This document shows positions 36,301-46,939 of a DNA stretch of 64,000 nt, piece by piece. Within the stretch, counting starts at the first letter, position 1, and every line of letters begins with the position of its first letter. The position numbers were made by a program, and so were the translations under genes. Origin of the DNA: Caecitellus pseudoparvulus. Taxonomy: Eukaryota > Protista > Bigyra: Bicosoecida. The stretch covers positions 182,014-246,013 of the forward strand of contig CBFFRQ010000095.1 of NCBI GenBank assembly GCA_965644315.1, given 5' to 3'. The notes under the pieces were generated by a model, which saw only the letters and a program-made list of their open reading frames with translations, was not told the DNA's origin and made no database searches.

Positions 36301-37373
36301 CTGGCGGCACGCGGCTCCCCACGCAACGCAGCGTCGCCCTCAAGATTGTCGTGCGGCGGGTGGACCGCGGTCTGGGGCGTGATGGGAAGGAGATGGGCGG
36401 GGACATCGTGCGTAATACGCTTGGTCTGGCAATCACCCGCGCCGTCCTCACCCAAGAAGGCCGTGCTGCCCTGGAGGCCGCCAAAGCGCGGGCTGCCACC
36501 GCAGCACGCACAGCTTCCCGCAGCTCCTCCCCTGCTGCGTCGGGGCGCAGTCGCAGCCGAGGTCGCAGCCGAGGTCGCAGCCGAGGTCGCAGTCGTGGTC
36601 GCAGTCGCGGTGAGGCTGGCCCCACCATCGCCCCCACCACCTGGACGAAACGCACACAGCTCACGGGCACTGACTTCTGCCAGCTGTCGGGGTATGGCAG
36701 CGAGTCCACTGCCAGTGTTCTGGTGCGTGTTCCGGAAGCGTGGCTGGACGGGTCGATCGGAAACGCCCTTTGCATCACCCCATCCCTGCTGTGGCCGGGC
36801 AAGGGTGGCGAATTCTCGCTGTCAGTGTACACGGACGCTGAGCGCCCGCTGGGCATTTCGGAGCTGCGACCAGCGGCTGGCGTGACGCTGCCTGGGGCGT
36901 GGGTGAAGGGTCGCAGCGACGTGGGGAGTCACCTGGGCCCAGAGTGGACGCGGAATCCCGCCTTTGAAGTGACGGCCCCGCCGGGGTCTGGCGCGGTGAA
37001 GGTGCGGGTGACTCTGACTCGCCCCGCAGCGGTCTGGGCGGCTGCCGTGAAACAGGATTCAGTGGGATGCATGATGGGGTGGTATGCCGTGACGTGTGCT
37101 GAGGACAAGGCGAGTCGGTACAACGACGGCCGGCAGGGGCTGGTCAAGGAGACGCGTTTCATCCCGGGTGACTCCGTGGATGATGCGTTCACCGTGGACA
37201 TGGCCGCCCTGGCCGCTGCACGAAAACGCCTGCTCATCCTGCCAGCCACCTTTGAGGCGGGCTGGCCAGGGCCCTTCACGCTGGAGGTGCAGGGGTCCGT
37301 GCCGCTGGAGGTGGGCCCATATTCCGCACCCCCCGCGCCAGCCACCGACACGCCCGGCCCAGGCAAGGGCTGA
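33360..37373 (+). CDS. Calpain-like protein (CysPc domain lacking catalytic Cys/His, plus three calpain III/C2-like domains); introns 33480-33546 and 33612-33691
   Basis: FTDAAFP, W|QHPAE, ARFFLDGEWVTTTVDTRVP, LMLKAWAKVWGGYE, LVKLRNPYG, WRGDWSD, DGVFWMSWKDF and three NP(Q/A)F motifs. Confidence 0.85.
36552..36611 (+). repeat. 12-bp tandem repeat (cgcagccgaggt x3 plus 2 degenerate copies) encoding RSRG repeats
   Basis: Read directly from the sequence. Confidence 0.9.
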
Positions 37374-37474
37374 ACGCAGCACCGCCGCCACAGCCTGCTC
37401 CCAGTACAATGCAACTGCAAGGTCACAGGGGTGAATTTGAGACAGGGAGAGGGGGGGGGGGTGCGCCCCCCTCC

Positions 37475-38680
37475 TCAGCACACACCCTGCCCTGCCGCAA
37501 CACAGGCCGCCCCGTCAATCTCGTACACGATCACATCCATGCGCAGGGGTGTGACGGACACACCTGCCGCCTCCGCCGCAGCAGCGCCTTCGCTGGCGCC
37601 GCCCGTGTGCCCAGTCTTGGTGCCGTCCACGCCCTCCACCCCCCCTCCACACCCCTCGATGACCTGCCGCAACGCTTCCGCCGAGGCAGTGCCCGCCTGC
37701 CAATCATTGCCCCACAGCTTGACCAGGGACAGTGCTGGGTGAGCTGCAACGGCCCCCAGCAGCGCCACGAGGCCAGTTTGGCCGATTTCCGCGTGGTCCA
37801 GCCACAGCTCGCGCAGGGCGGAATTTGACGCCAACGCAGCAGCCAGCGCCACCGCGCCCTCGTCACACACACGGCAGCGTGTGAGCTTCAACACCTCCAG
37901 GGGCGGGTCTGACGCCAGCCACGGCGCGAGGCTGCACACGCCTGGTCCAGACACTTTGCAAGCCGTCAAGTCCAGCTGCGCCAGGCGCGGGTTCTCCCAC
38001 ACTGCATCAGCCAGCAATTCCGCACCCTCGTCGTCCATCCAGGGACACTTGGCGAAGGAGACGGCAGTCAAGCCGCGGTTGTCGCGGAGAGTCGTGATCA
38101 GGTCCCGCACGCAGCCCTCGGAGCGACTGTCTTCCACGTTCAGGCTGACCAGGCTGCGGTTGGTGCGCAGGGCGTTTCCGAGGTGTTTCACGCTGTCCGT
38201 GCCCAGCCCCGTGCGTGCCAGGGACAGGTGCCGCAGGGTGGCAGAGGCCTGCAGCAGCGCCCCCAGCGCCCGCCCCCCCTCGTCCCCCACTGTGTTGCCG
38301 TCCAGCACGAGCCCCACCAGCTTCGTGTTGCTCGCTAGCGCCTTGGCAAGCTGCGCCACGCCTTCGCCTGTGATGTCGTTCCAGGACAGGTCCAGGTGGC
38401 TCACGCCGACATTGTCCTCCAGCACGGAACACAAGGCGGACATGGCGGCGTTGGTGATGACGCCGTACCGCAGGCGCAGCTCGAAGTTCGGCAGCGCAGA
38501 GCGCGCCAGGCCAAACACCAGCGCCTCCACCTGAGCGTCATTCACGACACCCCCCCGAACCTGCACGCTGCACGTGGAAGACTGCGTCGCCACCGAAATG
38601 TCCACTGCCTCCTTCACGCCCGGCAGCGCCTTCAGCTCGTGCTCGTCGCAGTACTGCGTGTACGCGCCCAGGAAATCCAT
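37475..38680 (-). CDS. Ribonuclease-inhibitor-type LRR protein (LRRC34-like)
   Basis: 28-aa repeats such as LDLSWNDITGEGVAQLAKALASNTKL and LVLDGNTVGDEGGRALGALL; first ATG at 38680. Confidence 0.8.
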   Translation of the reverse strand: MDFLGAYTQYCDEHELKALPGVKEAVDISVATQSSTCSVQVRGGVVNDAQVEALVFGLARSALPNFELRLRYGVITNAAMSALCSVLEDNVGVSHLDLSWNDITGEGVAQLAKALASNTKLVGLVLDGNTVGDEGGRALGALLQASATLRHLSLARTGLGTDSVKHLGNALRTNRSLVSLNVEDSRSEGCVRDLITTLRDNRGLTAVSFAKCPWMDDEGAELLADAVWENPRLAQLDLTACKVSGPGVCSLAPWLASDPPLEVLKLTRCRVCDEGAVALAAALASNSALRELWLDHAEIGQTGLVALLGAVAAHPALSLVKLWGNDWQAGTASAEALRQVIEGCGGGVEGVDGTKTGHTGGASEGAAAAEAAGVSVTPLRMDVIVYEIDGAACVAAGQGVC

Positions 38681-39052
38681 GCCGGTCACCTGCGGAAATT
38701 GCTCACCAAGAAACGCCCGCAAGGCTCACGTCCACCCTACGCCGTTCCCAGCGAAGTGGGAGCAGAGATAGAAAGGGAACAGTTATGGTATGGCATATTT
38801 GTGTGCTGTGAGGTGTAAAAATTGCACGTTGGCTGAAACTGGTTTGGGCTGTGGCAAGGCGAGGTGTTGCGCTGAGCAGCTGCAAAGAGCGCGCATTTGC
38901 CAGATCAGAACCAACCCGATTGAAACGACGGCGCGCAGGATTTGGGCTTGCAATTTTCCTGTGCCAGCAGCTCCTCCGGCAGCCTTGCAAGGGGAGAAAG
39001 GTGCGCAGTGAAGCGCAGCGACCAGCCACTTTGCCGTCCTCAGCGCGACACG

Positions 39053-41001
39053 ATTAAGGTGGCAGTCGGTGGACTGCTGGCGAGCAGTCTGCTCATCACG
39101 GCCAGCAGTGCAGTGGAGCAAAGTGCATGGGGTGCCCTGCACCCGCGCCTGCACGTGACGCCGCCCGCCAACTGGACGTGAGTGCGGCGTGTGCGATGCC
39201 AAAGTGCACTGCACTTGCCACAGCACGCTGCACGCCGCCTCCCAGAAACGACCCGAACGGCCCCATGGTGTACAACGGCATGTACCACCTGATGTACCAG
39301 TACAACCCCACTGCGGCAGTGTGGGGTGACATGCACTGGGGTCATGCGTACTCCCCCAACCTCGTGCAATGGGGGTCCCTGCCGCCGGCGCTGCTGCCCG
39401 ACCAGCCCTACGACGAAGGGGGCGTTTTCTCAGGCAGCGTCACACTCGTGCCCCATGCCGACGCACCACAGGGGCTGCTGCCTGTCGCTGCATACACGTG
39501 TGTGGACGCAGCGGGTCACCAGCGCCAGTGCCTCGCCACGCCCCGCAACGCAAGCGACCCCCTGCTGCGTTCATGGGTCAAGCCAGCGTACAACCCAATC
39601 CTGGAGTCACCCCCTCCAGGGGGCAGCCTGACTCTGTTCCGGGACGATTCCACGGCGTGGCGGAACACGCCAGAGGGCCCTTGGAACATGGCCGTCGGCG
39701 TGGCAACGCACGGAGAAGGCTCCATCGCAGTGTACACTGCCAAGAAATTCCTCGCACATGACTGGACTCTGGCGGGAACACTTGCCAAGTTCCACCCTGC
39801 TGCTGAGTGGGCCAACATGTACGAGTGCCCTGACTTCTTCCCCGTGCCTGGCGCGGCGCCGGGTCAGGGGGGCGTGGACTGTTCCGGAACACCCGGCGGT
39901 GACTCCCGGACGTGGGTGGCGAAGATCTCTGCTCTCCCAGGGCGCCGGGACTATGCTGCGTTGGGCTGCTATGACTCCCTGCGCAATGCGTTTCTCCAAG
40001 TGGGCCCCCTCACCCTGTACGACGCGGGCGTGTGGTACGCATCCAAGACGTTCCTGGACTCGGCAGCCGCCCCACCCCGCCAAGTGCTGTGGGGGTGGGT
40101 CACTGAGACAGACACACAGTCCAACTGGGTGGACCGGGGGTGGGCGGGGTTGCAGGGGCTGCCGCGGGTGGTGGGCGTGCACCCCACCCTGCCCATCCTC
40201 ACAACAAGCCCCCTGCCCCAGCTTCACTCACTACTGACAGGCTCGCCCCAGTCGTACGTGGGGCAAGTGCAACCCGGAACACCCGTGCAAGTGGGCAACC
40301 TGCCTCAGGCCCAAGGCCAGCTGCAGCTGAAACTACAGCCGCCCCACGCGAGTCCCGGGCTGGGCTCGTTGCAAGAGACGGTGGTCGCTGCTCGAAACGC
40401 ATCACAGTCCGTGCTGCTGCGTTTCCCCTCCACCGCCACGGCGGCCGTCGTGATCACAGCCTATGGCGGGAATGGTGCCGCCCACCCGGGTGCTGCGTTC
40501 CAGGGCGGTGACTTCCTGAACGTGCCGCTGCCCAGCGGAGGAAACGCATCAGCTGCCGCGGCAGCCTGTGCTGCGTTGTGCGCGGGCGAGTACGCCGCTG
40601 CCTGCATTGCCTGGACTGCCACCCAGGACACCTGCAGCCTCAAGGGGTGGGTGCCCGACGTAACGCACGACCCTGCCGCCACGTCCGGCCTGCGTTCTGG
40701 GCTGACAGTGACTCTGGACACTTCCGGCATGGGCGCCACCACCCCCAGCACCACCATCGGCGGCGCCTTCACCCAGCCCCTGCCACTGCTGGACATGACA
40801 ATTTGGCTCGACCGGTCAGTGGTGGAGGTCTTCGCGGCAGAGGGCACCATTCGCCTGACGCAGCGAGTGTACCCGGGTGCCCCAGGCCTGCAAGTGGACT
40901 TGGCGGCTGCACCCGCCGCTGATGCGTTTCAAGCCGCAGCCGACCTGCAAGCCGCCGACACCATCTGGAGCCTGCCACCCCCCCTCCAGCAGGCGGCATG
41001 A
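39053..41001 (+). CDS. Glycoside hydrolase family 32 (beta-fructofuranosidase/inulinase), probably secreted; intron 39178-39245; start codon unresolved
   Basis: Spliced HVTPPANWT|NDPNG, YHLMYQYNP, HWGHA, FSGS, FRDD, YECPDFF, YASKTF and LDRSVVEVF. Confidence 0.9.
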
Positions 41002-41048
41002 ACCCTCCCTCCCCCCCTGTCCCCCTTTGTGGGGCACCTGCCGTGGCA

Positions 41049-41936
41049 TCAGCCAAATGCAGTGGCTGCGGCCGCCGCAATTTCCGCACCCTCCCCCTCC
41101 TCCCCCTCACTCTCCTCGCCACTGCTCCCGTCACTGCCGCTGCTCTCCGCACCATCCACTTCTTCCAAAGCGGCTGCGATGGCCCGGCGCGCAGTGCGGG
41201 CTCGGCTGCCACTGCCGTCTCCACTTGCGGCACCTGCGGTAATTGCTGCCAGCTCCTCTGCGCCAGTGGCCTTGCGCTTGGCGCGTGTGGCGCCCCCCGC
41301 ACCCAGCTCATCCGCGTCCTCGCCCGCCAGCTTCACGCGCAGCCAGGGATCATCCGCCTCGTCGTCCGAGTCCACAATGACTCCCCGCTGCCCTCTCAGT
41401 CGCTTGCGGTGCATCTTCTTCTCCACCAGCCCATGTGCCTTCTTGAACGCCTGCTCGCGCAGCTTGGTCTCTTGCCGCCCCCCACTGCGCATGCTGGACA
41501 CCTCCAGCGTGCCGCCCATTTGCAACAGCTTGGCGGCGGTCTTGCGCTCCATGGTGCGCGTGAACTCCTTGTTCATCTCCTGCGCAACGCAGCACGGCAG
41601 AACTGCGTGCGCACGCCAGACCAGGAACGGCTGCGCCGCCACGCGCTCGCAGAAACAGCTGGGCCAGCGCACGCAGGACTCGGGTGACGTACAACATAGC
41701 CCATGTTTATAGCGCCCGCCTTGCTGGCCTTGGCGGGCATGATCAGCTTGCCTGCGTGTTCAGGTGCCACGGCGGGGTGTGAGTTCCAATTACCGCAGGC
41801 GGCACGAAAGCGGCCCGCCCAGCCTGCGCCACCCACCATACCGCCGCGCAGTCTTGGACTTGACACGCTTTTCTTTAATCTGCGCCTCGCTGCGTTTGCG
41901 CAGCGCAGAAGCGGCCTTCTTCTCGCCCTGAGGCAT
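41049..41936 (-). CDS. Small basic protein, possibly UPF0390/DUF2462 (C19orf53-like), with acidic extension; introns 41752-41836 and 41580-41692
   Basis: Spliced MPQGEKK...KTARRYG|KLIMPAK...YV|EMNKEFTRTMERKTAAKLLQMGGTLEV resembles the recalled MAQG..K / G..IAPKK pattern. The family assignment is from memory only. Confidence 0.45.
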
Positions 41937-42180
41937 GGTGCCGTGCTGAGCGTGTGGAAGAGCTGGAGCTGGTCCCACAACTTTCGACGCTTGCGCCACG
42001 TGGCAGCGGCAATGCGCAAAAACCACGATTTTCAAAGGACAGTGGGGCACGTGAGACTCCGACGTGAAGAGTCTGTGGATTGTGGGGCTGGGCGCACTGT
42101 GCGGAACGGAACGCCAATCGCCCTCCCTCCGCGGCCACGCCGCCAGGCCACGTTGCAACGCAGCACCCGCCACGAGTGAC

Positions 42181-43471
42181 TCATGCGTCCCCCTTCGCAG
42201 CTCGGCGGGGCGTGCGGCGTCGGATGGGTGTCGCCTGCCCTTCGTTGGTGGGCCCAGGCGACGGCGCCGAATCCTGGTTGGGGTGTGGGAGGGGGGTGAT
42301 GACCCCCCCCTCCACTGCCCAGCCCCCCGGTGACCCCGCCAACTTGCCAGAGTAGGCGCTGCCAGCCTTGGCCTTGGCAGCCGAGCTGCGTGGGGCGCCA
42401 CCACTGCAGTAACGCTTCAGCGCAAAGAGGCCGAACAGGACGAAGTACGACGCGTACATGGCCAGCCCTGCGAGGAAATTGATGTCGGACACGTCACAGG
42501 TGCTGTCTGCGCCGCGGAATTTGAGCAGGTACACCATAGTGCAGACCATGACCCCCACGGCCATCTGGGAAATCTGCAGAGCGGTCACGAGCGGCGCCCA
42601 GGACGGGCGGTAGCCGCAGGCGGTGAGGAAGAAGTAGAAGTACATGATGGCGTGCACTGTGTAGTTCATGGCGATGAACCAGAGCCCGGGAGCAGCGTAG
42701 GAGGCGTAGGAGTCCCAGCAGTACAGCAGCACGGTGATGTGGTGGTACCAGTGCAGGAAGAGCAGTTTCTTTTTCCGCAGCACGATGAAGGCCGTGTCGA
42801 ACAACTCTGGGATCTTGCTGAAAATGAACAACATGACCCACAAACCAGTGGCGCCAGAGCCATACGCCTGCTCAGCCGGCGCGCAGATCTGAGCCGGGGA
42901 GGGGGGAAGGGGGGGTGTGTGATGGCCAGTATCGGCACGCAGCGAGCGAGCACCACGCACTGTGTAGGCAAGTCCGTGAGTGTACAGGTTGTACAGCAAG
43001 TGCGGCACGACACGCAGCATGCCCATGGTGGAAAAGACGCTGAGGGCCAGATTCCACAGCGCCAGCGGCCGCTGCAGGTCGAAGGCTGGCCACCCCTTCA
43101 TCAAGTACTGGCCACCAAACACCAGCACGGCGTAGGCCGTCACGATGCCAAAGACGAGCGGGTAGTTCAACGCCGCAAACACGACGAAGTTCCCGGGATC
43201 GAAGTTCAACTCAGCGTCCGTGTAAAAGGGCGCCAGCGCTGGGATCATCTGCGACAACGGGGCCGGGCAGCGGTCAGTTTGGCAGGCCCAATTTCCGCAG
43301 CTGCTGTCTCCGCCGCACCTCTGGCAGCTGCTTGTACGGCCTGTTGTGGAAGCTGTACCAGGACCCATCCCTCCATCCAGCCTGGGACTGCTCCGTGCCA
43401 GGTGTGCCCCATCGTTCCAAGTGGTGCGTCCAGTTGAACTGCAGCTGCGGCAGGGCAGAGCTGGCTGCCAT
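42181..43471 (-). CDS. Fatty acid elongase (ELOVL6/ELOVL3-type); introns 43249-43318 and 42889-42960
   Basis: LALWNLALSVFS, SKIPELFDTAFIVLRKKKLLFLHWYHH, MNYTVHAIMYFY and TALQISQM. The exact 3' end is uncertain because of C/G runs. Confidence 0.92.
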
Positions 43472-43814
43472 GGCTGCAGCTGGCACCGCGCCGCGACAGA
43501 GAGCTCTGCGCTGCAGAGGTGGGACAGTGGCAAGCAGTGGAGTGCAGCTTGCCGGTGGGTGGTGGGCTTTGTTGGTTCGTGAGTTGTGCCGGGCAGGCGT
43601 GGCTGAGCCGGGCAGCTTCCGAGAATGAGGCTCGCGATGCGGTGGAGTATGAGGGGGTGGCGAAGGGGGCAGGGTGCGAGTTTGGCGCGATGCAAAACTT
43701 GAAATTTATCCCAGTACGCCCACACCATACTTTGCAGGCCTCATGCAGTGCCCTCCTTCACACACTCGTTCCGCAACACGGCGTGGTGGGCGGCGAAATT
43801 CCGCACTCGACGAC

Positions 43815-45270
43815 ATGAACTCCACAGCCGTCGGCACCTTCATCATGACCATGCTGCCCCTCACGGACAGAAATGATGTGAAGCTCCTGGGCTCCATGTC
43901 TCGCGTCTGCAAAGGGTGGCACGCCGCCAGCCGCCACGCCATGCTGCTGGCGTGTCGAGGCTGTCTGCAGCAGCTCGACGCAGCACAGCACCTGTTCAAG
44001 CAGATGCAGGACGGGGCGGGCGGAGGGGGCGCCTGGGTCGTGCGGTACGGCGCCACTGGCCGCAGGACCCTGGACCGGGCGCAAAAAGGCCGTGGCGATG
44101 ACCCAGACCTCACCTTGGCTGCCGTGCGTTGCGCCGTGTCTCGCAGCGTTCTGCGGCGCAACTGACGCCCATCACCGCCCACCACAGTGCAAGGATGAGC
44201 GAGACTTTTGGTCCGATGCTCTCACCATGGTGCGTTGTGGCGCCGCCGCTGCAGGACGGGCAGCGTGCTTGCACTTGCTGCGAATTTCCGCACCCGCACA
44301 GCTCGGCGAAGCGTACTTCAACCACCCCAGCGTCCGAGCAGCCACGACTGAAGCTGCCATGGCAGCAGCTGAAGCTCGCCGGGAGGAGGACTTGCAGCTG
44401 CTGCAGGCCTTTGGGGAGGCTTTTTCTCCCACACGCCTGCGCACCACCGAACCGCCGCCGGTCACGGACTTCAAGCCCAGCATGTTGCCGCCTTCCACAG
44501 CCAAACGCCTGGCCATGTGGCAGAAGAAGCGGCAGACGACTGTGCTTGCTCAGCCCCCCTCAACGCAGGTGCTGACTGTCGGCGACATGGTGCAGCACAT
44601 GCTGGAGAAAGCGCGCGATGCGTGGCACAGGCGCATGTGCGTGGCTGCACTGCATGCCGACTTCGTCAAGGCTGATGCGCACGTGATGTTCAGCGACATG
44701 CTCGCCGTCCGGGCAGCGGTGGAGGCCTTGCTCATCCTGGAGGCGTGGCGTGGGCCGGACGAGGTGTCCGTGCCGCCAGCTGTTGCCGCTTCGTACCCGG
44801 AAACTGCAGAGTTCGCAGCCGACACTGTGCGAGCTTGCTCACGCGAATCCCGCGGCGGAACAGGCCGACCAGGGCTGAACTCCAAGGGCATGGAAAAGCT
44901 GTATGCCCTGCTGCGTTGCTGCAGCGACTACACCCTCCGCGCTGTGCGTGGTGCGTTGCCGGTGGCCTCGCCCTCGCCCCAAGTGGAAGAGCTCCTCGCA
45001 CACATCACTGACTTGCTCGAGAAGGCTGAGCAGGAGCGGAGCACCCACGACGCCACGGTGGCAACACCTGTACCCACGCCTGCAGCTGCAGCTGCGGCCT
45101 CAGGAGGCGGTGGCGGCGATTTCCTCAGCATCCTGCTGTCTGAGCGGCAGCCGCCGCCGCGAGCGCGGCACCTGGGCTACTTTGCCAGCGTCGACGAAAA
45201 CGCAGCACGCAGAACCCTGGACAAGTCACGTAGGAGGGGAAAGTCCCTCATGGCCTTGGCTGGACTGTAA
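43815..45270 (+). CDS. Hypothetical protein with possible F-box-like N-terminus; introns 44124-44187 and 44230-44301
   Basis: Two GTGCGT...CAG introns give a continuous frame. LLGSMSRVCKGWH resembles the end of an F-box. Confidence 0.6.
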
Positions 45271-46510
45271 AACCTCGTCGCCTTGCTCCTTGTGCGTCGC
45301 GTGGGAGGTATTCTGGGTGCGCCGGAGGTGTGCTCCTGCCCCCTGTGCGCCGCCCACGGTGGCCAGGGAACATTTTCGTGGCTTTACGGGGGGCTATAAA
45401 CGCTGAGATGTCTTGCTGAGTGTGTGTTTTCTCATGGACACCCTGCTCACTGCCACCGCTTTATGTCCAGTGTTCTTTGAGCTGAAAGTTTGTCTCCCAT
45501 TTGGTGCTGCAAATTGACGTTGTGCGCTGCGAAATGCACTGCCTTGCCGCGTTCGTTGGTGTCACTGTGGCGTTCGGCACTGATCCCCTTAATGTGGAGG
45601 CTTGGGTTTCATGCGCATGCTGGAGACTGGCTTCGGTGTGGTGCAAGGGGGTAGTCGACAGCCGACGGCGGTCACAGGCGCGGAACCGGGAAACGGGAGC
45701 TAGATTGAACAGAAAGTGCCCATACACAGCTCTTCCGTTCAAGTAAGTTTGTATGCCTTTGACAGTTGTAAAGAACCTGCACGGAAGGCCGCTTGCGGTG
45801 ACTCTGGCATTTGCCACAGCACGTGAAATGTGGTCGCAGCTGACTGGGCGATTCTTGAAGGTGTTCCATTCCCTCTATCATGCACGGACCGCCCCCGCCT
45901 GCATGTGTCAACTCCTGAGCAGTAGCTATCATCGAGGCCCAACATGCATGCCCTCTGTGTTGTGCATCCATTGGCAAGCCGCCTGTATCGAAGGCAAGCC
46001 AGGAGGCAGACAGTGCGGTGCAGACGAGCACCGAAATCAGGTTCCAACAAAACGAGTGGCCGAATCAACACACTCCATGAGCTCAAAGGGCTTGCCACAA
46101 CCCGTGAGCCTCAGGGCCGATCACTCCCGCAGCGGACCTTGAGTCTGAGCAGACATGCTCGTGTGACTCACAGCCAAACGCAGCATTGCGGTCAAACCGC
46201 AGCACAACGCAAGCCATGAGCGTGCCGCGTCTCCAAGATGGCATCATTAGGTGGCACAGCGAGCTGCAATTGCTATGAAGTGTTTGGAAGCCCCATGTTG
46301 TGTGTGCGCCGAACAGGACGCACGTCGAGATTGGTCGACTGTGTTCCTGAAACACTCCTATCCACACTGACTGCGCAGGCACGAAGTATTGATCACGGCG
46401 ATCATCGCTTGCATTCGATCCCCATGCACCTGTGGAGTGCACAAGGCAAGCAGGTACGTCTTGCTGCCTTGACCAGGCGAGCCGGCGGTTGGCAAGGAGA
46501 AGAGTGGCTA

Positions 46511-46541
46511 GCGTTTCGCGCGAAACGCGAGACTGAGTCTC
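46511..46541. other. Perfect 18-bp palindrome GCGTTTCGCGCGAAACGC followed by the 6-bp inverted repeat GAGACT-g-AGTCTC
   Basis: Read directly from the sequence. Confidence 0.9.
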
Positions 46542-46939
46542 ATGCCTGAACCTCTGGGCCATTCCCGCGTAACAGACAAAACACATGCTTGTCACGCACT
46601 GCATCAATCGATGGTTGTCAAAGCTGACCTTGCTTGCTTGCTGCATTTCACATGACCAGGCTTGCAATCAGGCAACAGAGGTGTGCCAGCTTGCAACGGG
46701 CGGCACTCCCGCTTGACAGACACACCAGGCCTCCGCCAAGCAGCCTTTGATCCCGGACCTGGTCTGAACGGATCATTATTGCATTTGCTTTGAAACATGA
46801 CAACGAGAAGTCACGCCCCTACGTCCTGCCGTCCTTGGGTGGGCGTGAAACATCGCGCTTTGTCTTGGCGCAAGTACAGCCTGCAGAGCTCGCCCACACA
46901 CACCAGCCCAGAGCGCGGGACCTCTGCACTGTGGCGAGC

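Noticed and set aside
45461-46798. Short ORFs in the low-GC block as transposase or viral genes
   Set aside because: No DDE, RT, tyrosine-recombinase or capsid motifs, and no terminal inverted repeats that I could identify.
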